A stretch of 63,200 nucleotides of DNA, filler included, from Choristocarpus tenellus KU-1152 (Eukaryota; Protista; Phaeophyceae): assembly GCA_964200185.2 (NCBI GenBank). It is 10 parts of 10 records of this genome, joined end to end, with 100 filler letters (N's around TTAATTAATTAA, not from the genome) between each part and the next. Parts side by side here need not be neighbours in the genome. Positions count along the whole stretch, not along the records: positions 11,901 to 23,479 come from CAXNAD020002235.1; positions 23,580 to 26,572 come from CAXNAD020023072.1; positions 26,673 to 30,637 come from CAXNAD020016896.1; 7 more parts are not named here. The stretch is one strand, 5' to 3'. Every line of letters starts with the position of its first letter. Position 1 is the stretch's first letter. Below are positions 13,201 through 26,775 of this stretch, piece by piece. A program made the translations under genes and the position numbers. Under the pieces are notes generated by a model, which saw only the letters and a list, made by a program, of their open reading frames with translations, ran no database searches and was not told the origin of the DNA.

Positions 13201-13879
13201 ACATCAACATCTAGAGGGATTACGCTAGTTTTCTTGCATCTTGAGGAGCTGCGTGGTTGGCTTCATACTACGTACTGGTACTACTGAGGTACTATTGTTT
13301 GATAGTCGCCCACAACAGTCTAGGATTGCGGCTATTCAAGTATTTTACTACTATATTTTGTTTAAGCGTTAGGGTATCTTGCCCCATGATCATATGTCTC
13401 AGTATACACAAGTCAAAAAGACGTATGAAGTGGAAGTGCATTCCTACTATAAATAAATCTCAAATTGAGTTTGGTATGGTGTGATTCAATAAGGTGCTAA
13501 ACAAAAGTATGGACAAAGTCCCCTACCTAGTATTCTAGAGGAGGTTTTGGCGTCCGTTTGAGGCCTTTGTGACCCTTTAGCGATTTTCTTGTGGCTAGAG
13601 TGAACGCGTCAGATATAAAGATCAATTCCTTCATCTGGGCACAACTTCCTTTTCCATTCCCTGCCTTAACTAAGTCCTAAGAAAAGACCCTCAAAACAGG
13701 CATCGAACTGGGGAGTTTTCCAACACCCTATCAAGCCTCGAATGAACTATCTAGACTAAACTTCCCTCCCCCTCTAGGATGCTATCGGTCAAATGATGAT
13801 TTGATTCAAATTTTGCATACGACGAGTGTGTCACTGTGTAGCCCTTCTGAGCGTAGCAATAATAGTAGTATTGCGAGTA

Positions 13880-14945
13880 GGAGGGATTGAAGAATCGGTC
13901 CGATTCGATTAAATCATTAATCGAAACCGAAATCCCGGAGTCGGTTGCTCATTTTTTTTTTCTTCACTGGAATATTTGGAGGAGGGAAGGACAACACGAG
14001 CACACAGACAACCGGACAAGCACCATAAACATACCTAGGTTTGTGAAACAAGCCACAATGGAGGACACTGAAGACATCTTTAGGCAATTAAAGTTGGAAG
14101 CTCTAGGTATCGTGGAGGAGGAGCACAGACCACGGGAGGCAGAGAATAGTCCAGCGGTGGAACCAAGTCCACGTCCTGTCTATCTTCAACAGGGTAGCCC
14201 TCCCATAAATGGTACAAGGGGTTCGTAACAGTTTACCTTGAAATATGTGGGGGGAGTTCAGCTGACGGTGGTGGGATACTTGTAGAGCACGGTGAGGGAG
14301 CACATGGAGGAAGCAATTCATGTAGGGGTGGATGCCTTCAAGATTGCAGGAGGAGGGCTCCCAACAATTGGTAATATAGATAGTGGAACTTACAACGACC
14401 CACTCAATTGGTGGCGGGAAAGATGCTCAAAATTTCCGCGCCTGGCAAGACTTGTCCGCTCCATTTAGCCCGTTCCTGCTAGATAACAATCAGACTCGGA
14501 GTGTATGTTCTCAGCGACTGGGAATATTGCGACATGGAATCAAATAGAAATTGGATCCAGGTTATTTGAAGTTCCACATCGCAGCGCCTGGAAGAAGGTG
14601 GATGGATGCGTGGGAGACTGCCAAGAAAGGCAACAGAAAGGATACCACCTGAAGACTGAATGAGTGGCAACAATGTGTATCCACAAACATACAAATATAC
14701 ACAACACACATTTAGAAAGTGACTCAGACATCACATCAAAGTGTATCTAGTAGTGAGATAAAAGATGACGGAAATGAAGAGTACCTCAAAAAAATGACCT
14801 GGGGAGGGCCTCTCACCATCTGTGGAGCCTTTGCCTCACCCTGTGGACTTTGCAGGCGGTTCAATTCTAACAGAGTATATAGAAAAAAAATCGAGCCAAT
14901 AGAGGTTATTCTCATAAATTCTTTCAATTCACAAAAAAATCAATT
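13880..14945 (+). mobile_element. hAT DNA transposon remnant
   Basis: DPLNWWRERCSKFPRLARL...SECMFS.TGNI matches the hAT C-terminal dimerization domain. Homologous to 50810-51630. Confidence 0.75.
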
Positions 14946-15610
14946 TATAGTAGTGCGGAATATACAGGAGAGCAGTCTCTGACCTCTGCTGGTTGTGTAT
15001 TGTACCCAATACTAGAGTGCTGAGTGGGAAGTTCTACTCGTGCTGTGCTGCGTGTGTGTCTCTCATACTCCATCATCAGTCTTCGCGTGGCTTGTCTGTG
15101 CGAAATAGTAATTGTAGCATACATGCTATAGTTTATAGCATGAGATGAAATGGATAGAGTTACATGCAGTTACACAATAAATTGAAGCATGTGATCATGA
15201 ACAAGAAAGCCTACAAAATTGCGCACCAATATGGAATGTCAAAATACAGAAGAACAACGCCACCATCACGCAACAGTATCGACTGGATACTGCTTTGCAT
15301 AGTTGTCTGCATCTGCGTTGTGGAACTTGGAGCAGCCCAATATAATCTTCCATATTAGGATTTCCGTGAAAAGCTTCAGAGCTAGCTCCAGTTATCATTG
15401 ACTGTCTACACAACTTATTTGTACAATCCACTTATTGGTACAGTCACTTGGGACATTCTACATATAGTGAGTACGTAGTAATAGAACCTTCTGCCCTTCT
15501 GCCACTTGTGGACAAATAGCATGCGAAAATAGATGCGAAAAACAATATGAAATATATGCTACTAGTGTCGGAATAGGGTTAGGGTTAGTGCTGCTAGAAG
15601 TATGTACAAA

Positions 15611-16126
15611 GATTCAAAGTAAGCGAGAGTTCCCCAGGGTTTCATTTTGAGGATGCTGACAAATACGTACAAAATTTAGGTTTTTTGGCAAAAGTGTTTA
15701 GGAATTTGGAGAATCTTGTCAAAATTTCTTATAGAGAAATCAACACTCTCAAGTCAATCTGAGTGTTTGATGGATAGAAAAAAGTGTGAATTGCAAGAGA
15801 TGAAAAAGATGGCGTAAAATCCCAAACGGTCAAAACCTGGCTACCTCTCGTTTACTTTGGCTCAAAGTTGATTTCGGTGAAATATCAAGAGTTGCATTTT
15901 ATGGGATCTCGGCAAATAGGTGCAAATTTCGGCTTTTTTTTCAGAATTGTGAAGAATATTTTCCAAATTATGTCGAAATCTTTTAAACAATAGACAAATA
16001 AATAAACCCTCTCAAAATATACTTGGCACTTCATCCATAGAAATATGGGTGAATTGCAAAAGATTGAAAAACGGACTTAAAATGCAAAACGACCAAAAAA
16101 CTGGGAGCCTCTCGTTTACTTTGGCT
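15611..16126. mobile_element. MITE family 3: complete copy 15611-15863 plus a tandem copy lacking its left end
   Basis: TIRs gattcaaagtaagcgagag / ctctcgtttactttggctc. The right end recurs at ~16108-16126. Confidence 0.7.
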
Positions 16127-16129
16127 CAG

Positions 16130-17100
16130 GACAGTGTTGCTGTCCTGCATTGCACGATATGATGATCCATATTTGCCATTGTCTGTTCGAGATATTTGCG
16201 CCCAACTACACTTGCACCTCCTACACTGTCCCCTCCTGCCCCTGCTCTCCAGTCAACTACATCCACTCTTGCTGTATTGGGGTGAATAGACCCTTTCTTT
16301 GGTCCAATATCATGTCCAATGGTGCGACTTGCCTTGAACTGGATATGAGGTAGCTCTTTGTGTGGCATATTTAGACGAGGTTAGCTTGGAGAAATTCAAG
16401 TGACATGTCATCAACAGAGGGCCCATATACTCCCACATACTGTTGAATCATAAACGAGTGTGATGTGTCCAAAAAAATAGCTTGATAGAAGATCCAGAGA
16501 TGAACCACGTATGAAGGTTGATAAAAAAACATGTCAACAGATTAATCAAGGTCGATGCACTTGCTCTCACTTTGTTTATACCTACGAAAAGATAATCCAT
16601 ACCAACACTTTGCCAATGATCCCGCACGAGGGTATCCATACACCCCCTCGAAGTATCACCCCCTTCACCCCACTCAACGTTACAATGTTGCAAACAAAAC
16701 TTCTTTTGAGACTAAACTATCAAATCAGCAATACCAATCAATCAACATAGCACAGGTCGATCGCCCAGGAACTGGCCAAGACCAAGCGCGTTAAGCTTCT
16801 TCTAATACATCATCATGTATCTTTCACAGACATCACCACTAGAAGACTGCAGGGTCTGTCTACATGAGATGCTGCCATCCGACAGTAGCAGTTTAACACC
16901 ATTAAACCCCTGCTTATGTGAGATGTTGCAGACATCTCAATGGAGCGGCATCCCCTCCTACGTATAATGTTTTCTATGTTCAGCATTGAGACATTATGTA
17001 GGTGTATCGAAGTAGCTCTGCCTGTGCCCCCAGTCTCAGTCAAAGGAGATGCTTGTTGGGGGAACGTGGCGATGATCAGAAATACATTTAGTGCGCCTGG
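16130..17100 (-). pseudogene. Possible Helitron PIF1-helicase remnant
   Basis: Degenerate motifs in PIF1 order: LTETGGTGRA (Walker A, GxGGTGKS), RMAASHVD (TGxAA), WQSVGMDYLFVGINKV (motif II region). Heavily disrupted. Confidence 0.4.
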
Positions 17101-18099
17101 TGAGCGATGTTGGCTCAGTAGCCCTTCTTTCCACTGTTTTTAGGTCGGACATCCCCAACGCTCTGCTGCATTCCTGTTCGTTGGGTGTATAGAGCTTCTG
17201 TAAGTGCTGACCTTCCTCTTCCCAGAAGTTACCAAAAATACTCTTGGGATGTAGTGTACTAAGGTGTAAACATAGGGCAAGGAGAAGAGTTTGTCTTGAG
17301 CAAATATGTGCATCTATCCCAGCCAACCACGCCACTTCACTTGTACCTAGTCAAGGCTTGAACCCCACTGGTGAAGAACGATGCATGGAGTAACCTCTGA
17401 AGTTGCCTTCTACATCAATTAAAAGCATATATTTAGTTTCGTCTTCAGTTGCACCCCTTTCAAATATGTAGTGAGGTACTGAGAGTTTGCTATCCCTCCA
17501 AAGTGTATTGTTGACAGTGATAGGATATCCACCACTTTTAAGAGTAAGGTCTTGTATTCAAAATTGAAACCAAGTAGGTACTAGAGTGCTATTGCGAAAT
17601 AGAGAGAAAGAAAATATTCAGGTTCTGCCAAGGAATTGACCGCTCAGGGCAGTCAGCTCTACAATGGTGGTGTTAATCTTCTTTCAGGTGAGTTCATGAC
17701 TGTTGGTGCGGAATTCCCTTTCCTACGCGCAAAATTTCCTTCCAATTCAGCAAGTGGGACTCAGAACCAGGAAATGCCTAATTGCAAGCACCTGTGGAAA
17801 TATATCTCCACTGAATAAATCTAAAACTGGATAGTATTGGAACATGGTAGCACTGGCACACCAAATACTTCATTTTACAGAGCATGTACTACAGAGTACT
17901 TAGTAGTAGTAGGACTCAATTTACTCTTGCCTCCTTCCCAGGTCATTCATTCACTCCGTTTTGATCTCAAGTCAAACCAGGTGAAAACGTTGAATCGTGA
18001 AAAGCTAGCCTAGAACAGAGTGGATCCTTCTATATTCGGATATAAATTTAGGATAGGGGGGGGGATTGTGTCCAGAATAGTTTTTGTTTGAGCCACGAG

Positions 18100-19250
18100 T
18101 CCATCTGTGAAAATGATATGCATCTGTTAGCAGGTTATATGCGGCAAAATTCTTCTACACAATGTCACAACGTATATGAAGGAGGGAGATTGGTGAATTC
18201 TGTACATGCCATTGCTAACGTCCTTCATCCTATCTATCAGGCTCGTCACCTGACCCTTTTTTACAACAGTATGCTCTGTGGCTGGTTGCAACAATGTTGC
18301 CTCTGAGCTTCCGATGTCGGGTCTTCCTTGTGTTATCGCTTCGAAATGACAAACACCTTCTGTATTGCACTTTCTGCTCTCCCGATGTACTTGATCTTCT
18401 TCTCTTCGAAGAACCAGAGGTGAGCTCTGCACAGTAGTACCTCTGATGGTTACGTCAAGCTTGCTAATGCCATTGAATTGAACCTGAAGGAAGAGTATGA
18501 AGATGAGTCGATGGAACTGAAAATCCCCCAACGCGCGGTTAGAGAAGTGGATTAGTCGTGTGCGTAACTGCTTTTGGCTTCCCGACGTTATTTACTCTCA
18601 TAGCGGCCCAGTGAGATACCAGGGTTAAGTGAAAAGCATGCACGGAACAGAAAATATAATTTTCGTGTAATTGAGTATAGTCTTACCCTGTAAGGGTTGA
18701 CGTTTTGAGGATCAACTATGGAGGTGTATGGAATCAGGTCTTCATGACCAGGAGCTAGAGCAGCTATCTCCCCTTGAATCCCAACTGAATGACGCCGCAG
18801 TATCTGGAATTGTCGCTTAGGATCAATGGTGTTGGTAGTGTCAGATGCTTCTCGTGGTAACAGTGGTGAGCGACACAAAGCGAATTACAGACGGAATCCC
18901 AGAAACCTGAACAATCATCTCCATGAGCTTCCATTCCATTGCCTGCACAGGTCGATGATGAGGGTCAGTGCAACTGGTAACAACCCCAGATCGGGCACGC
19001 AGGTACGCTACATATTGGTGACAATATGATTGGTTTACTCACACCTATAGCTGTTCACCGCCCACACCTTGTCGTGCAGAGGAGGTCTCTGACGGCATGA
19101 TGCTTGGTATCCCAGGTCATTCGTGGACATATCCTCCATAATATTGTAGAGTAGTGAGTAATGGATTGTGTCTGGCTCGCTCGAGGGCCACACCCCTCCT
19201 TGACAAAGATAAGAACAGGAGAGGGAGGGATATCTTATTAGGACTAGGTG
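18100..19250 (-). mobile_element. Possible gypsy integrase remnant
   Basis: Weak motifs only (VWPS..DT, NGMYRIHQSPSFIYVVTL). Many stops. Confidence 0.25.
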
Positions 19251-19694
19251 TTTCTTGCCGTTACTGGTTCCTCCAATCACTTAACACAGAACAGAGGGTG
19301 GTGATGAAAAAGAAGCATAAAAAATAATTGTCGGGGTAAGAATGATATTGGAGGGATGGACGGCGTGTACCAATGAACCCCATTCAAAAAAGTTACTTTT
19401 CCAAAACACATGCACAGGTTCTTTTCAATAATATTATTGGTTGGTGACTGTCGTAGTTGTTGAGAACCTTCACCAAGGTTCAATCCTTCCCACAACGCAC
19501 AACTACTATGAACTGGAGAAGAAATATTATTTTTATACACCGTTATCTACATTCATCCGGTATGTGCCCATTTGTTTTCAGGTAAAGAAAGGACCTATTG
19601 AGCTGGATTTGGGGAAGGACGTAACCAAGACTTCTATACGCTCCCCAAAATCCGAAAACCTAACTCGTCTCACACTTTATTCGAGATTCTTTTC

Positions 19695-19958
19695 GAGCCG
19701 AAGTAAACGAGTTAAGCACCTGGCTTTTGACCGCTTTGCATTTCAAGTCAGTTTTTTAATCATTGGCAATTCACTCATATTTCTATGTATGAAGTACTAA
19801 GTTTGACTTGAGAGGGTATATTTGTCTATTATTTGAGAAATTTCGACGTGATTTGGAAAATATCCTACACAGTTTCATTTTTTTTAAAGTCGAATTTTAC
19901 ACATGTTTGCCGATATACTTTCAATACAACTCTGGGTACCTCTCGGTTACTTTGACTC
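19695..19958. mobile_element. MITE family 3 copy, inverted relative to 15864-16126
   Basis: TIRs gagccgaagtaaacgag / ctcggttactttgactc. The interior aligns with the reverse complement of 15870-16126. Confidence 0.75.
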
Positions 19959-21256
19959 TGATAGGAGGGACAACAGGCAGAAGCAAGTCAATGCCAGTGT
20001 TGTTGACGTTCTTAATTGTTGGTTTGTTAATAAAAAAAGTACCAAAAACGTGGTAGAAAACCTGGGACATCTTGATAGGTTGTTCAGCACAGAATAGCAC
20101 GATCTCTAGAAGATTGTTTAGGGTCAGTTCCCATCCATGTCTTCATTCGTTATTCGTATAGATAGGAGGAAAGGTATGACGATCCAGTGTTGGTAGTATT
20201 GGAAGTGTGGTAATATTGGGAGCGTGGTCCAATACCACCTAATATTATCGTCTAACATTATTATTGTCTAACAACGTGTGTCATGATTCTCTCATTGAAT
20301 TGAACTGCTTGATGAAAGTAATTTTTCTCAACCACATTGCAACCATACGGAAAATCGTACTCCCCACTCAGCACATACCCTAATTAATGAACTCTTACGA
20401 ATATAGCACTTCTAGACCACTTTGAACAATTTATGGATATATTTATCTACTATGTACTATTAATACTATGGATGAAGTTATTTCAAATATAAAATATGTG
20501 TAATACATCAAATTAATTCATAAACCTTATTGTTACAATGGTTTTACTCTATTTTTATATACCACACAAATATCATACTCCAGAGTATTTATTGAGGTTT
20601 GTGAAGATGTGGCCTGGTGGTGTTTTGCTTCGTTGGTGCTGAAGTTGTTGATCAAAGCGACTAGGAGAGGCAAGAAAATATTCCCTGCAAGGAGTCTTGT
20701 GAACGCTGAGGGTACGAAAAATCTGACTCACAACAATTTCTGTGCTTTCTCTTCACTCCCAGAAGCACTTCCCCCTTTAATATTGAGATGGACTATTGTA
20801 AATGTCCTTCCTAATCAAGAACGATCGACGAATATGAGGTTGGGGGGTTGCAAAAGTCTTCATTTTCGTAATCTGCAGATGGTATAACATACCTGGCTGA
20901 TGGTGTTGAAAAGCTTGGCGCACGTAAGGCTCATCGCCAGAAGCTAGCAGTTGAATTACATGGTAAAGCATGCACTAAATTATTCAATGTCCGCAGGGTA
21001 TTGTCCACTTGATGTTCAATATAACTATATTGATGCTATTGTCCCACTATACCACTTGTAATGTCCCATTGGCCCACCATAACGTATCGCTGTGTACGTT
21101 ACTACCTTGTATTGTACTAAGCTAAAGATCAACGTACATATAAGCTATGTTGTTTACTTGGATCAGCACAGATAGCGTAAGGATAACACTAGGTTATTCG
21201 ATAGATGGATCCCCAAAGTCTCCAGAACCAAGTCCTCCATTGGCGTCAGGAAGAAT

Positions 21257-21534
21257 GAGTGAAAGTATATTGGAGGGTACGAGTTTTGCCCTGTTTGTCA
21301 GTTTGGGGCTCGACTTCCCACGTGTTTTTTATGACATTTTCCTACTCCGAAATGTTTCGTTTCGGAATGTTTTGTTTTGGAGTAGGTAAAATGTGTACCT
21401 TATGAAAAGGTGTGTCTGGAACAAGGATATTGACACTTCCTAAGATACACGATAGCCAAAATCACATCAGAATCGCAACATTGGATTTCGACTCCCAAAT
21501 GGACGTGGCCCTACCCTCTAAGATACTTTGACTC
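21257..21534. mobile_element. MITE family 1, complete copy
   Basis: gagtgaaagtatattggagggta ... taccctctaagatactttgactc. Confidence 0.85.
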
Positions 21535-22065
21535 AGATTCATAGAGCCGGCCTTGGAAGTATGTAGTGAGTAGAGAGTAGTCAGAGATGTTGTGGTTGGC
21601 ACGACACCACTTTTGTGTGATGTGCGGGTTGGACTGCTCAATTAACAAAAAAAGAAATAACAGAATATTTAAACTTAAAATTCATGATGTCGGTTTTTCT
21701 CACTTAAATAAATCATGAGCCAAACAAACTAAGAGATAAGCAGGGTTACATTTTAAGGACCCAGAGAGAGAACGAAAAAAACGATTTTATTCAATTGCAC
21801 AAAGAGGATCTGCTGAATTGTGGAGTCACTTTGTGTGTGGAAAGGGGAATATCAACCAATGAAATAGAGTATACAGCACAGGGTAAGAAATATGAGTTAG
21901 AGTTCAGCTCGGCCCAGTAATAGAATAAGTCCTATATGATACACTCTACTAATACTAATAATATATATTTTGTTCGGAGTATTTGGAATGTAGATAGTAG
22001 AACACATATTTATTAACAATATTGATTAACACAATATGTGCATATTAAAAATATGATGTGTATGT

Positions 22066-22136
22066 GCGCCAGTAGTTCAGTGGTAGAATACGTGATTGCC
22101 ATTCACGTGGCCTGGGTTCGATTCCCGGCTGGCGCA
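22066..22136 (+). tRNA. trnG-GCC: tRNA-Gly (GCC)
   Basis: 71-nt cloverleaf: acceptor GCGCCAG/CTGGCGC, D-arm GTTC/GAAT, anticodon stem CGTGA/TCACG with loop TTGCCAT, T-loop TTCGATT. No encoded CCA. Confidence 0.96.
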
Positions 22137-22218
22137 ATAAGTTCTTGATTGCAAACTATTCTTTTACTGTTCACGATTTTACTATGTTCTATACTCTGTC
22201 CAGTGCGTGAAGGTGAGG

Positions 22219-22550
22219 GAGGGTATGTTGCCACCCTGACCGATAAAGTTCATGGCATGCATGACATGTACCACAACGTAGCCACAGGAGAAATGTAGCC
22301 ACAGGGGAAGCTGGATAGGATACACAGATATCCAACTTCACCCTCCTCAGATACCCAGCTACACCCTTATTGTTGAAGATAAGAGGGTATGTTACCACCC
22401 TGACCGATAAAGTTCATGGCATGCATGACATGTACCACAACGTAGCCACAGGAGAAATGTAGCCACAGGGGAAGCTTGATAGGATACACAGATATCCAAC
22501 TTCACCCTCCTCAGATACCCAGCTACACCCTTATTGTTGAAGATAAGAGG
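22219..22550. repeat. Near-perfect tandem duplication, 164-bp unit x2
   Basis: gagggtatgtt...gaagataa is repeated at 22219 and 22383 with about 2 mismatches. Confidence 0.92.
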
Positions 22551-24369
22551 ATGGCTCATGTAACCCTATGACAACAACACACCATTTTTCTACAATCTCA
22601 GAATAAGGCTACATACGTTGTTCTAAAATACTACATGGTTTTGGTGTGCTCAAGGAAGGTATATGAAGTGAACAAACAGTAAAAAAACGAACAAGTCTGT
22701 CTTACTATTGTTTTTACATCTACCCATGCACCTCTCTCTATGTATCTATATGTAGAGGTCACCATGAATTAGTTATTTTCCTACTATCAGTTACGCTCTG
22801 TACATTGAAAATACTTAACACCCCCTTCAAAAGGGGTGAATAAATCGTTGTCTCCTACAATATTCCTATCTATAACTACTGTCGAGTTTGTCTTTCGAGC
22901 TTCCAGTTTGATTGGTTATCATGCTGCCTGGATGTTGTCTTTGTGGTGTTTGAAGTGTTTTTTTGTAGTTTTGGTTATGTTTGTTTGCCCCCAAGGGGGC
23001 GACAGAAATTGGAGGGGACCGTTAGGTCCACCTCACAGGATTGGAGTAGTTTTCAACTAGCAATCACCACGCATCAGCATAAGCTTCACGCACTATGGTA
23101 TTGCCCCAAGCGCAAAGATACTAGATTAAGAGAAAAGGTAATTGTTTATATACTAAAATATTTATTTCCCACATGTATTTGTTTCGACTTCAAACGAAAA
23201 ATAGGTGGTTGTGTTCTTTCACCCTTGATGGATTGATTTGATGGCGCGCAATACTTGGATGCACGATGCAATGGTAAAAAAAAATATCGTGGAAATGTAA
23301 TCATGTACAAAGAACGAACATGCGAACATAAAATATCTTTAAATCCATTATCAAAGACAAACAAATCGGCATCAGAATGAAACATCGTAGAATCTACTAT
23401 ATAAGTTGAATAAAAGTGAGAGTTTAAGAAGTAAACTGAGTTTTGTGGGCGGGAGAATTCTGGTTGGCTGGGGGCACAGNNNNNNNNNNNNNNNNNNNNN
23501 NNNNNNNNNNNNNNNNNNNNNNNTTAATTAATTAANNNNNNNNNNNNNNNNNNNNNNNNNNNNNNNNNNNNNNNNNNNNACCATCCTCATAGTCCCGCGC
23601 CATCCTCAATTTTGCGAATCCCCTGTTAGTTGTCAAAATGTGGGAGATATCTCTTGAAAATCTATTTTCTACTTCCTTCAGAATGAAATATCGCATAATA
23701 TTTTCAACCTCCGTTCTTGCTAGGGAACGAACCACATGATAAACCCTCTCCATGAGGCTTAGTTCTCGTATAGATTGAGAGGCCTGCAAAGTTTGAGAGG
23801 GTGGGCTGTCATGACTGTGGAAAATCACCAGTCCAAAGTCGACCAAGTAGCATTCGACTAGATTCAAAACCTCGTCAATCTGTCAAAGGGTCAAAGGGTG
23901 TATTTATTGGGATACCTAGGATGAAGCCCCCCCGTAGTTTGAGCAACTCATTCACATCCTGTCGTCGCATGTTGGTCCCAATTCTTCAGCCCAGAAGTCT
24001 GTCCAGGGTCCAGACTCAAACACTCCAACGAAGAACAGCGTGGTGGCGCGATGCCTGGGGGCAAGAAGACGTGAGTATCCTATGCCTCCAGGGATGTTTC
24101 ATTGATACACCGCACATCCTTCCGCAAGTGGGCATCCAAAGCTGGGGTCTCGCTTGCCTCATTGTGGGATACGTGCAACTGCGAGAAGGTGAAGAAAATC
24201 AAGTTGTGGATTAAACCAGTCCTCTCAGACCAGAAGAAAGTCAACGGGGTGGATTTCGTCATCAGCCACACACACAGGAGGGGGGGAAGTGGGGTACTAG
24301 TGAACGATCTATGCAACGGGTGCATGTGGATGAGTATGGTCTTACATCCTCAAAGACGGGCAAGGTATG

Positions 24370-24555
24370 TATACCTGCACCCCACTGTGGGCCACCCTCG
24401 GAAGCTCTCCAACGATATGTGGTTTGGTGGGGAAAATCAGGATCTGGCCAATCGTGGTTGCATGTGTCAGATGGATAATGTAAATCCACTTTTCCTGATT
24501 TTGACCCAAATGGACAACTTGGTGTAGACCCCACCCCCCACAGATACTTTGGGTC
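24370..24555. mobile_element. MITE family 2 copy (degenerate left end)
   Basis: Ends cccaaatggac...cccccacagatactttgggtc and aligns to the reverse complement of 31119-31300. Confidence 0.65.
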
Positions 24556-24844
24556 AAAATTCCCCATCGTGGCAAAGAAATGGCTGAGAAGGTGAGCAAG
24601 CTCTCCCCAAATGCCCCAGTGGATGTGGCGAAATACTGTCCTTGCTGGAATGGGGTTTTGGAGGGCTTTGAGGGCAGAATCATAGATAGGTGTAGGCTGC
24701 CCCATTTTGCTTGAGATTTTGATGGGCAAGCTTTTAATGTCTGCACAATACACCCATAAAATACGAATATCTGAACAAGAATCTTGCTCCTTCATCAGAG
24801 GCACAAAATTTATGCTACATTTAAGTCCGAACAGAGGAAGTATT

Positions 24845-25065
24845 TGAATATCAGCTGTACTCTAACACTCTCTTAAAGGTTGGTAGTTACAGTGTTATGT
24901 TGCTGCTATGCCTCTAATCTAGCTGAGCCCTACACAAGCGGGTGAGGAGCTAGGGAAGCATCCCAAGAATCTGATGACCCCTTCTTGACCATTTGCCTTG
25001 CGTCTATAGCTTGAAACACATGACACATCTCAAGAGAGCTGCTTGTGTAGTGACAAGGCACTATT
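24845..25065 (-). mobile_element. CRE-like non-LTR element 3' fragment
   Basis: Similar to 58500-58720 and to the reverse complement of 11510-11640 (gaggagctagggaagcatc). Confidence 0.6.
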
Positions 25066-25379
25066 TATATATATATTATTATTGTGGAAAGCACAGTTTC
25101 TATTGCCATACAGTTGCTGCCGTATGCCAGATACCGCCAAAGCGATTGAGGTTCCTTGTGAGGAATCCCGGATTCCAGTGGAGGGTATTTCATGAGATAG
25201 AGGCGTGGAAACTTCTCAAGAAACCAATCCCCTAAATGGTGGACACCTCTTCCAATCAGAGATGTCAAACATCAAAGAGTCTCTTTGTTGTTTCGTCTTG
25301 TCATTTTGATGATCCCCTCTCATGAGATTCTCATCACTTGGGGAATTTTCTGCACTTCTATGCAAATATTGCACTTGTC

Positions 25380-25503
25380 CTACCTTTAACCTCATCCTCT
25401 TGGTTACGGTTTTTCTTGGTTCATCCGGTCCGTCTTGCTCAGTGATTCTCTCCACCACCCTTGCCTGAACGAACAACGCCACCACAGAATCGTACTATTC
25501 ACA
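25380..25503 (+). mobile_element. Solo or partial LTR of the gypsy-like element at 52050-54005
   Basis: The reverse complement (tgtgaatagtacgattctgtggtggcg...caggcaagggtggtg...caagacggacc) aligns with 53884-54005 and ends in CA. Confidence 0.65.
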
Positions 25504-26775
25504 CAAGCCTATCTATAGTTATTAGCAGGGGAAAAACGACACCAGTTTAAGGACCCTTACTAATAACTATGTGTCAACTTATTCCATTATTTTAAGAGAG
25601 AAAATTTAGTTCGAGGATCCTCAGGTTTCTCAACTCGAGGACAAGCCTATTTTACTACCAGAACAATACATTTGAGTACTGACTGAGGCCCTTAAAAGTA
25701 CATATACACACCACGAACCACTGTTCAATCCTTGCTACACTACATATGCAGTTGAGAAGGTGAATGCAATAGCCCCTAATCGGGCAATCTGCAATGTAAC
25801 GCATGACATCATGCCTTGCAGAAGACTTGTACGAATCAATAGATAGCTTGCAGTGACTGAAAGTCCCCCTACTTCAGTAGGCATATTCACACACATTTTA
25901 TCACAAGAACAACATTTCCTCTTGCACAGCAGTCAGCAACAAACCATGCACGCTTCATACTCCTGTTGGTTCCATTCACACCCAACAAAAAACGCCCTCT
26001 CTCTCGTTCCCCCCTCCCACCCCCTGCAGCAAGTGCCGGACCTACTTCCCCTTACGTCCTCTTATGGTAACCACTCTATATATGTGTATGGTATACTACT
26101 CTCCTAGTCCACGATACAAGAAGAACAGACAACAACATGGCAGTACAGCCAGCTAATGGCAGGTCCTCTCTTTTTCATCACAAGTGACAAGTGCTGACTC
26201 TGTAGCGTCTCACTAAAAACCACACACACTAAACACAAACACACACAATCACAAACAATCACACACACCAGCATGCGTGCACAACTGCCTTCTCCATCAC
26301 GCCTCATCAGATTCACCCAGGCCCCTCTACCAATAAAACTCTCACAACTGCACATACGACATATGACAGGATAAACCCCTGGAAGTTCGCAACATCACCA
26401 TCCCAAAAAGACAAGAAAATCTTTCTCCTCCCAAGCACCACAACAACCACCGTTTCCCTCATACTACAAACACGAAAACGCCACTACATACATCCTGCTT
26501 TAGATCCCGATCCACTCAATTCCCCCCCCCCCCCCTCCCAGCCAGGTAGGGTAGCAGGGTGGGGAGAAGGTANNNNNNNNNNNNNNNNNNNNNNNNNNNN
26601 NNNNNNNNNNNNNNNNTTAATTAATTAANNNNNNNNNNNNNNNNNNNNNNNNNNNNNNNNNNNNNNNNNNNNCCGTCAAGAATAGTGCTCGCCGTTGGGT
26701 GTTTGTTGTTATCAAAACCTCTTTTATGTTATCGGACTTCACTTCCTGTCTTTTTTTGGGTTTTTTTTTCGGCAG

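Noticed and set aside
23580-24330. Several overlapping 80-140 aa ORFs
   Set aside because: No recognisable motif or consistent splice structure; probably decayed TE sequence.
25216-25485. Apparent exon/ORF ARVVERITEQDGPDEPRK
   Set aside because: The DNA is homologous to the LTR at 53884-54005, so it is not a host exon.
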